Positions 16,970-24,746 of a stretch of 32,000 nt of DNA are shown here, piece after piece; the stretch's first letter is position 1; each line of letters starts with the position of its first letter. The notes beneath the pieces were generated by a model. It searched no databases. It was not told the DNA's origin and saw only the letters and a list, made by a program, of their open reading frames with translations. The DNA is taken from contig NZ_OMOH01000001.1 of the NCBI RefSeq assembly GCF_900289195.1, positions 358,706 to 390,705 of the forward strand, in the 5' to 3' direction. The position numbers were made by a program, and so were the translations under genes. The DNA is from Propionibacterium ruminifibrarum (GTDB lineage Bacteria > Actinomycetota > Actinomycetes > Propionibacteriales > Propionibacteriaceae).

Positions 16970-17625
16970 GTGATCAGCCACCCCCCGTCCTCGCCGGTCA
17001 GGTGCAGCCGAAGGCTCGAGACCGTCTCGGCCTCGTGCGGGTCGTGGGTCACCCAGACGGCGGCGATGTGCTCGGCCGCGATGATCCCGGTCAGCTGGCC
17101 GCGCAGGTCCGCCGCCAGCGCCCGGTCGAGAGCCGAGAAGGGCTCGTCGACGAGCAGCAGTTCCGGGACGGTGACCATGGCTCGGGCGATGGCCACGCGC
17201 TGGCGCATGCCGCCCGACAGCTGCTGGGGGTACAGCCCCCTCGCGTCGCCCAGACCGACCCGGTCGAGCCACTCATCGGCGAGGTCACCGGCACGGTCGC
17301 GGTCGACCGCCATGAGGGCGACGTTGCGGTGCGCGGTGTACCAGGGCAGCAGGCGGGGTTCCTGGAAGACGTATCCGAGTCTGCCTGCGCGGTCGATGGT
17401 GCCTCCGGTGATCGCGTCGGCGGCGGTTCCCGCGATGGCCCGCAGCAGGGTGGTCTTGCCTGCGCCCGAGATCCCGGAGACGGCGAGGACCTGATCGGGC
17501 AGCAGTTCCAGCGACAGCCCGCGCACCAGGGTCAGTCCCCGTCGTGACAGGGTCAGGTCGTTCACGCGGAGAGGAACAGCACCCGCGGCGAGCGCCGGCG
17601 CCCGTTCATCCGTCCCTGAATTCAC
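16966..17625 (-). CDS. ABC transporter ATP-binding protein
   Basis: Walker A GISGAGKTT, signature LSGGMRQRVAIARAM, Walker B LLLVDEPFSALD, H-loop VTHD. GTG start at 17625 has no visible Shine-Dalgarno, so the start is uncertain. Confidence 0.88.
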   Translation of the reverse strand: MNSGTDERAPALAAGAVPLRVNDLTLSRRGLTLVRGLSLELLPDQVLAVSGISGAGKTTLLRAIAGTAADAITGGTIDRAGRLGYVFQEPRLLPWYTAHRNVALMAVDRDRAGDLADEWLDRVGLGDARGLYPQQLSGGMRQRVAIARAMVTVPELLLVDEPFSALDRALAADLRGQLTGIIAAEHIAAVWVTHDPHEAETVSSLRLHLTGEDGGWLIT

Positions 17626-17750
17626 GAAGGGTAGGCTAATGGAATCCTGAGGTCTCCCTCAAGTATTTTCCATGGACAGGCCTTGCCTTATTGCAGCGCA
17701 CCGTGCGGGTCATCCTGCGATGGTCTGCGCTGCTGCGTACGCTTGTGCCC

Positions 17751-19727
17751 ATGAGTTCACCGGGCACTGGCGACGTGACGACCGCCCCCTATGGATCATG
17801 GACCTCCCCCATCGGACTGGACGACGTCCTGGCCGCGGGCGTCACGGTGCGTGAACTCGGGGGCGACGGCGACAACGCGTACTGGCTCGAGTCCCGCCCG
17901 GACGAGGACTCCCGCATGACCCTGGTGCGCCTCGACGGCGACACGGTCACCGAGCTGACGTCGGCGCCGACCAGCGTGCGGGCACGGGTCAACGAGTACG
18001 GCGGCGGGTCCTGGGCCGCCGCCGACGGCGTCGTCGTGTGGACCGATGCGACGTCGGGGCGGGTGTTCGGTCTCGTCGACGGTCACGACCCGGCGCCGCT
18101 GACACCGGCGGACTGCCCCATGCGGTTCGCCGCCTTCGCGCCCTGCGCTGCCTTCGGCGCGGTCCTGGCCGTCCGTGAGGACCACACCGACCCTGGGCAC
18201 GTCACCACGACCCTCGTCGCCCTGCCCTGGCCCGGTGCGGAACCGGGTGAGGGCGTGGTCCTGGCCTCGGGGCACGACTTCTACGCCGATCCCGCCGTGC
18301 GCTCCGACGGCGCCTGCGCCTGGATCTGCTGGGACCAGCCGGCCATGCCGTGGGATGCCGCCCGGCTGGTCGTCGCCCGGCTCGACAGGGACGACGAGGG
18401 CGGGCTGCGTCTGACCGGTGAGCAGGTCCTCGTCGACGGGTTCAGCGAGGAGCCGGCGGAGGGCACCGCGGTGCAGCACCCGAGCTGGGCGCCTGACGGG
18501 TCGCTGCTGTTCATGAGTGATGCGAGCGGCTACTGGAACCTGCAGCGCTGGACGGGCGACCGGCGCCGTGCCCCTCAGCCGGTGTTCACCGAGGCCCACG
18601 ACGCCGACCTGCCCGTCTGGCAGCTGGCGCGCAGCGCCTACGCCGTCCACGAGGGGCAGGTCTGGTTCGCGCTCTACGTCGACGGCGCCGCACAGCTCGC
18701 CCGGTGTCCCCTGACCGGCGGACCGGTTGAACGGCTCGCCCAGGTCGCCGACCTCGAGCAGATCACCGCAACCGGCGGGCGCGTCCTCGCGCTCGTCCAC
18801 CGGGTCGACGCGCCACCGGCCATCGTCGACGTGGCAGCCGGGCTGGGGGTCGTCCACTGCCCCGGCACCACGCCCGATCCCGCACTGACCAGCGTGGGCG
18901 TGTCCCACGTCGTCGAGGAGAACCGCCACGGCCGGTTCCAGTGCTTCTACTGGGCGCCGCGGAACCCGGCCTGGCGGGCCCCGGCCGGCACGCTGCCGCC
19001 GCTCATCATCACCGTCCACGGCGGCCCGACGGGCATGGCGGTCAACGACTACTCGATCGCGACACAGTTCTGGACCAGCCGTGGTTTCGCCGTCATGGCG
19101 GTCAACTATTCCGGTTCGGCCGGCTTCGGACGCGCCTTCCGGGAACGCCTGCGCGGCCAGTGGGGCATCGTCGACGTTGATGACTGCGTCGACGCCGCCC
19201 GGTACGCCATGAGCGCCGCCCTGGGTGACATGGAGCAGATCGTCATCACGGGCGGCAGCGCCGGCGGGTTCACCGTGCTGCGCGCCCTCGAACGGTCGGC
19301 GCTGTTCTCGGCGGGGGTCTCCCGCTACGGGGTCGCCGACCTGGTCGCCCTGCAGGCGGACACCCACAAGTTCGAGGCCCGCTACAACGACGGCCTGCTG
19401 GGGCCGTGGCCGCAGGCACGGGCGGTGTACGAGGACCGTTCCCCCATCAACCATCTCGACGAGCTCGACACGCCGATGCTCATCTTCCAGGGCACCGACG
19501 ACCCGATCGTCCCGCCGAACCAGTCGCGGGCGCTGGCCGAGGCGATCGGTTCTCGGGGACTGCCGGTGGCGTTGGTGACCTTCGCCGGCGAGGGGCATGG
19601 TTTCCGACTGCCGGCCACGAACCGTCGGGTCCTGGAGTGCCAGCTGAGCTTCTACGCCCAGCTGTTCGGCTTCCAGCCCGCCGACGACGTCGAGGCACTG
19701 CGGATCGAGAACCTCGACGCCTGGTGA
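17751..19727 (+). CDS. S9-family serine peptidase (prolyl oligopeptidase/acylaminoacyl-peptidase type)
   Basis: N-terminal propeller-like region (APYGSWTSPI...). C-terminal hydrolase with nucleophile ITGGSAGG, Asp in GTDDPIVP, His in GEGHGF. Start could be ATG 17751 or TTG 17691. Confidence 0.88.
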   Translation: MSSPGTGDVTTAPYGSWTSPIGLDDVLAAGVTVRELGGDGDNAYWLESRPDEDSRMTLVRLDGDTVTELTSAPTSVRARVNEYGGGSWAAADGVVVWTDATSGRVFGLVDGHDPAPLTPADCPMRFAAFAPCAAFGAVLAVREDHTDPGHVTTTLVALPWPGAEPGEGVVLASGHDFYADPAVRSDGACAWICWDQPAMPWDAARLVVARLDRDDEGGLRLTGEQVLVDGFSEEPAEGTAVQHPSWAPDGSLLFMSDASGYWNLQRWTGDRRRAPQPVFTEAHDADLPVWQLARSAYAVHEGQVWFALYVDGAAQLARCPLTGGPVERLAQVADLEQITATGGRVLALVHRVDAPPAIVDVAAGLGVVHCPGTTPDPALTSVGVSHVVEENRHGRFQCFYWAPRNPAWRAPAGTLPPLIITVHGGPTGMAVNDYSIATQFWTSRGFAVMAVNYSGSAGFGRAFRERLRGQWGIVDVDDCVDAARYAMSAALGDMEQIVITGGSAGGFTVLRALERSALFSAGVSRYGVADLVALQADTHKFEARYNDGLLGPWPQARAVYEDRSPINHLDELDTPMLIFQGTDDPIVPPNQSRALAEAIGSRGLPVALVTFAGEGHGFRLPATNRRVLECQLSFYAQLFGFQPADDVEALRIENLDAW

Positions 19728-19737
19728 CCTCGACGGA

Positions 19738-20493
19738 TCAGGGGGCGGGCCGGGGGCCGAACAGGGCGGTGCCGATGCGCACCGTCGTGGCGCCGTGGGC
19801 GATGGCCAGCGGGAAGTCGCCACTCATGCCCATCGACAACTCGCACCAGGTCGAGCCCAGCATCGCCTGTCCGCGCAGCCGGTCGCGCAGGTCGACGAGC
19901 GCGTCGAAGCAGGCCGCGACGCGTTGCTCGTCGGGGCTGTTCACGGCCACCGTCATGAGGCCCTTCACGTCGAGGGTCTCGTAGTCGGCGAGGGCCTCGC
20001 AGAAACCGAAGGCCTCGTCGAGCGCGACGCCGTGCTTGGCGGGCTCACCCGATGTGTTGACCTCGACGAGCACGTCGAGGGTGCGGCCCAGTTCGGTGAG
20101 CCTGCGGTCGAGCCTGGCGGCCAGTCTGAGGGAGTCGAGCCCTTGGAACTCGGTGATGAGGGGAACCACGGTGTTGACCTTGTTGGTCTGCAGATGGCCG
20201 ATGAGGGTGAAGTCGATGCCCTCGTCGGGTGCGATCTGCCCGGTCTTGGCGACGATCTCCTGCACGCGGTTCTCCCCGAAGGCACGCCGCCCGGCGTCCC
20301 CGCTCGCCTCGGCCAGTGCGGCGTGGACGGCGCGGATCTCCTGGACGGTGTGCAGCTTGCTAACCGGCATGAGCCGCACCTCGTCACGGTCGCGCCCGGC
20401 CGCCTCGCAGGCCGCGCCGATGCGATCCCAGACCCGACGAACGCGTTCCCGGACCGCATCCTCGCCCTCGTCCACCGAACTCACCTCAGTCAT
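19738..20493 (-). CDS. yggS: YggS-family PLP-binding protein (PLP homeostasis protein)
   Basis: 251 aa. PVSK (PLP lysine), FGENRVQE, IGHLQTNK, LSMGMSGDF, VRIGTALFG. ATG lies 6 nt after the stop of the upstream VWA gene. Confidence 0.88.
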   Translation of the reverse strand: MTEVSSVDEGEDAVRERVRRVWDRIGAACEAAGRDRDEVRLMPVSKLHTVQEIRAVHAALAEASGDAGRRAFGENRVQEIVAKTGQIAPDEGIDFTLIGHLQTNKVNTVVPLITEFQGLDSLRLAARLDRRLTELGRTLDVLVEVNTSGEPAKHGVALDEAFGFCEALADYETLDVKGLMTVAVNSPDEQRVAACFDALVDLRDRLRGQAMLGSTWCELSMGMSGDFPLAIAHGATTVRIGTALFGPRPAP

Positions 20494-20499
20494 CCGTCA

Positions 20500-21456
20500 T
20501 CATGGCCACCGTGCAGCCAAGGATATGACGCCCGCCGAGGCGAGGACGGCGAAGATCAGCGCGATCCCCGCGAACCGTGCCGTGATCTCGTGGTACTCCT
20601 CCACGTAGCCGATCTGGTGCGAGATGGTCTCGTACACGGCCTGCAGGCTGCTCAGCGAGTCGGCCGAGTACTTCTTACCCCCCGAGGCCTTGGCGACCTC
20701 GGACAGCTCCGCGTGATCGACGGCCACCGACTGGCGCCGGCCGTTCTCGTAGACGTAGCCGCCGGAGGTCCCGTAGGCGATCGTGTAGACCGGCACGTCC
20801 TGGTTCTTCGCCTCGGTGGCGGCCTCGGTGGAGGAACGGCCCATGTTGGTGGCGCCGTCGGAGAGCAGGACGATCGCGCCGGGCGCCGTCTCGTCCGGGT
20901 GGTCCGGGTCCTCGGGCGCCAGCTTGAGGGCGTCGAGGGCCGTGTAGATGCTCTCGCCGATGGCCGTCGACGGGGCCAGTTCGAGGGCGTCGATCGCGTT
21001 GTTGAGCGCCGACCGGTCGGTCGTGGGCGGCATCTTGATGTCGGCGGTGGCGGCGAAGGCGACGAGGGCCACGTTGAAGCTCTCGGGCAGGGAGTCGACG
21101 AACTCCTTGGCGCCCTCCTTCGCCGCGTCGAGCCTCGTCGGACTCACGTCGGTGGCCATCATCGAGCGCGACACGTCGATCACGACGACGACGGTGGCTC
21201 GGTCGCGCGGCACCCGCGTCATGGCCTGCGGCTGGGCGTAGGCGATGACGAGCGCCACCAGTGACATGATCGCTGCGCCGACGGCGACGTGACGCTTGAT
21301 CTTCGTGTCCTTCGGCAGGATCGAGGACAGCAGACTGTTCGCGGCCTCGCCCGAGCTGCGGCGGATCAGCAGCAGCGCGTAGAGCACCGCGACGATCGCT
21401 GGGACGACGAGCCACCACAGCCGCTGCGGGCTCATGAAGCTGAGCATCACGACCAT
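20500..21456 (-). CDS. Membrane-anchored von Willebrand factor A protein (BatA/BatB-like), paralogue 2
   Basis: 318 aa from ATG 21456, which shares one nucleotide with the upstream TGA. N-terminal hydrophobic hairpin, MIDAS DVSRS...STAIGES...LLSDG, C-terminal TM ending ...LAARWP. Confidence 0.85.
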   Translation of the reverse strand: MVVMLSFMSPQRLWWLVVPAIVAVLYALLLIRRSSGEAANSLLSSILPKDTKIKRHVAVGAAIMSLVALVIAYAQPQAMTRVPRDRATVVVVIDVSRSMMATDVSPTRLDAAKEGAKEFVDSLPESFNVALVAFAATADIKMPPTTDRSALNNAIDALELAPSTAIGESIYTALDALKLAPEDPDHPDETAPGAIVLLSDGATNMGRSSTEAATEAKNQDVPVYTIAYGTSGGYVYENGRRQSVAVDHAELSEVAKASGGKKYSADSLSSLQAVYETISHQIGYVEEYHEITARFAGIALIFAVLASAGVISLAARWP

Positions 21457-22427
21457 CACGACCACCTCACGGCCATGCCCACGGCGCCGAAGGCCGCGAC
21501 GACACCGAACATGAGCGAGACGAGCACCCACTGGGCGGTCACCTCGGTCTTCTGCGTCTCGTAGCCCATGTCGGAGCTGAGGTCCTTGTAGACGTCGTTG
21601 AGTTCGCCTGCGCTGGACGCGTCGAGCGCCTTGCCGCCGGTGGTGGAGGCGATCTGTGCGAGCAGATTCGTGTCCGGGGCGACGTTGTAGCGTTCGCCGT
21701 CCAGGTCGACGTAGCCGTTCTGGGTGCCGAAGGCGATCGTGTAGATCGGGACGGAGGCGTCGGCGGCCTGCTGCGCCGCGGCCAGTGGGTCGCCGCCGGA
21801 GGTCTCCGAACCGTCCGAGAGCAGCACCATGAGGCCGGGGGCCTGGGTGCCGTCGTCACTGACGGGGGCCTGCTGGAGTGCGGCCAGTCCGTCGGTGATC
21901 GAGTCGGCGATGGCTGTGCCGTCCTGGAGGGTCAGCGAGTTGATCGCCTGGGTGAGCACCCCCCTGTCGACGGTCGGCGGCACGAGTGTGTTCGGGTGCC
22001 CCGACAGGGTCACGAGGGAGACGTTGTAGGCGGCCGGCAGGCTCGACACGAAACTCACGGCGGAACTCTTCTCCGCCTCGAACCGGCTCGGGGAGATGTC
22101 GGTGGCCATCATCGACTGGGAGACGTCGAGCACCAGCACGATGGTCGCCCGCTCACGGGGCACCCGGGTGTCCCCGACCGGCGTGGCCCAGGCGCCGGTG
22201 ATCGTCGCCAGCGAGCAGAGGGTCAGGGCCACGCAGACGTGGCGGTGCCACTGGCGTTGGCGGGGCACGACGGCGCCGACGATGCCGGTGTTGGTGTACC
22301 TGATGCCCCGGTTCTTCGAGAACTGCATGACGATGATGTAGGCGATGAGGAGCGCCGGGATGATGAGCAGCGCCCACAGCCGCCCCGGCTGGGAGAAGTC
22401 CCACAGCAGCACGTGCGTCGTCGTCAC
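21456..22427 (-). CDS. Membrane-anchored von Willebrand factor A protein (BatA/BatB-like), paralogue 1
   Basis: 323 aa. GTG start overlaps the DUF58 stop (GTGA, 22424-22427). MIDAS DVSQS...GTAIADS...LLSDG. Same TM-VWA-TM layout as paralogue 2; C-terminus ...MAVRWS. Confidence 0.85.
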   Translation of the reverse strand: MTTTHVLLWDFSQPGRLWALLIIPALLIAYIIVMQFSKNRGIRYTNTGIVGAVVPRQRQWHRHVCVALTLCSLATITGAWATPVGDTRVPRERATIVLVLDVSQSMMATDISPSRFEAEKSSAVSFVSSLPAAYNVSLVTLSGHPNTLVPPTVDRGVLTQAINSLTLQDGTAIADSITDGLAALQQAPVSDDGTQAPGLMVLLSDGSETSGGDPLAAAQQAADASVPIYTIAFGTQNGYVDLDGERYNVAPDTNLLAQIASTTGGKALDASSAGELNDVYKDLSSDMGYETQKTEVTAQWVLVSLMFGVVAAFGAVGMAVRWS

Positions 22428-23500
22428 GTTGCGCCCCCTGCCCTCTGCGGCTGTGAGATCACCGCCGCGGTCCGGCGGTAGGTCAGCACGAAGCGGGCGA
22501 TGTCGGACACCCAGTCCCGGTCGGTGCGCAGCACGACGTGTCCCGCGCCGGCGCGGCGGATCGCTGCGGCGGTGCGTTCGCGCTGTGCCCTCGTCGCCGC
22601 GTCGACCGCCCGGCGGGCCCTGGCGTCGCCCGTGTTGATGAAACGTGAGAAGTCCGACTCCGGGTCGCGCACGAGCACCTCGCCGAGGTTCGGGAACTCG
22701 ACCTCGGCGGCGTCGATGACCTCGACGCAGATGACCTGGTTGCGCACCCCGAGGCGACGCAGCGGGCGTTCCCAGGCGGGCGGGCGGGTGTGGCTGATCT
22801 CTGAGTCGCCGGCGGTGAGGAAGTCCGAGACGACGACGCGCAGGCCGCGGCGCTGCTGGGTACGGACCATGGCCTCGATGCCCTCGGCCAGGTCGTACTC
22901 GCCCTTGGGCCGGTCCGTCTCGATCGGGTCCTCGAGCATCTTCCTGAGCAGAGCGTACAGGGCGTTGCGCCCCGAACGAGCCGGCATGCGGGTCACGCCG
23001 TCGCCGTGCAGCATCATGCCGCCGAACCGGTCACCCATCTTCTGCGAGACGAACCCGAAGGTGGCCACCGCGGCGATGCCCAGGTCTCGTTTGGTGACGG
23101 CGCCGGTGCCCCAGTTCATCGACGGGGTGGCGTCGAGCAGCGCCCAGACCTCGAGTTCACGGTCGGCGATGGTGTCGCGCACGTGCGGCACGGTGGTCCG
23201 CGCGGTGACGGCCCAGTCCATGCGGCGCACGTCGTCCTGGCCGGGGACGTACTGGCGTGCGTCGTTCAGGTCCGAACCCGGCCCCGGCATCAATCCCAGG
23301 TGGTCGCCCTGAAGGTAGCCGTCGAGCCGGCGGACGATCGTCAGCTCCAGGCGCCGCAGGGCGGCCTCGGGCGCCAGGTGCCGTAGTGACAGGGTCGGGC
23401 CGCCTGGTTCCCTGACGACCGAGAGCACTGCTGCGCTCTGCCGCGAGGGCGCCTGGGCGCCCGGCTGCGGCGGCAGGAACTGTGGTGCGGATGAGGCCAC
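22424..23500 (-). CDS. DUF58-family protein (degenerate VWA fold, MoxR-associated)
   Basis: 358 aa. Signature GDHLGLMPGPGSDLNDARQYVPGQDDVRRMDW and DATPS (DxTxS). GTG start 3 nt after the moxR stop, with GGGAGG upstream. Confidence 0.85.
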   Translation of the reverse strand: MASSAPQFLPPQPGAQAPSRQSAAVLSVVREPGGPTLSLRHLAPEAALRRLELTIVRRLDGYLQGDHLGLMPGPGSDLNDARQYVPGQDDVRRMDWAVTARTTVPHVRDTIADRELEVWALLDATPSMNWGTGAVTKRDLGIAAVATFGFVSQKMGDRFGGMMLHGDGVTRMPARSGRNALYALLRKMLEDPIETDRPKGEYDLAEGIEAMVRTQQRRGLRVVVSDFLTAGDSEISHTRPPAWERPLRRLGVRNQVICVEVIDAAEVEFPNLGEVLVRDPESDFSRFINTGDARARRAVDAATRAQRERTAAAIRRAGAGHVVLRTDRDWVSDIARFVLTYRRTAAVISQPQRAGGAT

Positions 23501-23503
23501 TGC

Positions 23504-24532
23504 TCAGCGGCCTCCCGGGACGACGGCCTGCTTGTTGTTCCAGACCGGGGTGGGTGCGGGCACCATCGCGAGGATGCGCTCGACGACCTGACCGGCGCTG
23601 ACGTTGTCGGCGATGGCGTCGAAGCTCAGCACGATGCGGTGGGACATGACGTCGGGGGCGATCGCCTGGACATCAGTGGGCAGCACGTAGTCGCGCCCGT
23701 GGATGAGGGCGACGGCCCGGGCGGCGGAGACCAGCCCCAGGGTGGCCCGCGAGGAGCAGCCGATGGAGATGACCTGCGCCAGGTCGGGCATGTTGAAGTC
23801 GGCCGGGTTGCGGGTGGCCAGGACCAGGCGGACGATGTACTCGGCCACGAGGTTGTGGACGAAGACGTTCGACGCCTGGTCCTGCAGCGACTTGGTGAGC
23901 TCGGGGTTGAGGATCTGGGTGGCCACCGGGGCCTTGACCGACATGCGGCGCAGGATCTCGAGTTCCTCGTTGCCCTTGGGATAGGGCACGTCGACCTTGA
24001 GCAGGAAGCGGTCCCGCTGCGCCTCGGGCAGCGGGTAGACGCCCTCGGACTCGACGGGGTTCTCGGTGGCGATGACGATGAAGGGGTCCTTCATGGGGTA
24101 CGTCGTCCCGGCGATCGAGACCTGCTTCTCGGCCATGAGCTCGAGCATGGCGGCCTGCACCTTGGCCGGGGCCCGGTTGATCTCGTCAGCGAGGACGAAG
24201 TTGGTGAAGACCGGGCCGAGTTCGACGTCGAAGATCTCCCTGCTCGCCTGGTAGACGCGCGTACCGACGATGTCGGAGGGCACCAGGTCGGGGGTGAACT
24301 GCACGCGGGAGAAGGTGCCGCCGACGACGGTGGCGAAGGTGCGCACGGCCAGCGTCTTGGCGGTTCCGGGCACGCCTTCGAGCAGGATGTGTCCCCTGGC
24401 GAGCAGGCCGACCATGAGCTGCTCGACCATGTGCTCCTGGCCCACGATCACCTGCTGGACCTGGCTGATGGCTCGGCCGAGAAGCGTCGCCGTCTCTTCG
24501 GCGCTCGAGGGGGCCTGGGTCTGTTCACTCAC
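23504..24532 (-). CDS. moxR: MoxR-family AAA+ ATPase
   Basis: Walker A GVPGTAKT, Walker B LADEINRA, RVQFTPDL.PSD and ATENP blocks typical of MoxR. Start set at GTG 24532 (AGGAG 8 nt upstream) rather than ATG 24574. Confidence 0.9.
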   Translation of the reverse strand: MSEQTQAPSSAEETATLLGRAISQVQQVIVGQEHMVEQLMVGLLARGHILLEGVPGTAKTLAVRTFATVVGGTFSRVQFTPDLVPSDIVGTRVYQASREIFDVELGPVFTNFVLADEINRAPAKVQAAMLELMAEKQVSIAGTTYPMKDPFIVIATENPVESEGVYPLPEAQRDRFLLKVDVPYPKGNEELEILRRMSVKAPVATQILNPELTKSLQDQASNVFVHNLVAEYIVRLVLATRNPADFNMPDLAQVISIGCSSRATLGLVSAARAVALIHGRDYVLPTDVQAIAPDVMSHRIVLSFDAIADNVSAGQVVERILAMVPAPTPVWNNKQAVVPGGR

Positions 24533-24746
24533 GCGTCGTCTCCTGAAACAGTTCGCTACGGGGGTGCGGTGCACCTCGGGGCGTCGGGGGCCACCTTACC
24601 CCGCCCCATCTGGCCGCCTCGTCTTTTTCCCGGTCCGCACGACCCGTACCGCAACCTGAAAGGCGCGGCACCCACCGGGCGACCGCCGCCGCGGCGACGG
24701 CAACGCCGCTTCGATGCGCGGGCGTTTTGTGGTGAGATGGTGCGCG

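Noticed and set aside
17626-17760. Possible TPP riboswitch upstream of the NMT1/THI5-like ABC importer.
   Set aside because: I read the minus-strand leader for the conserved CUGAGA and ACCUGAUCUGGAUAAUGCCAGCG-type elements and found neither. The gap is also too short once the divergent gene is accounted for.
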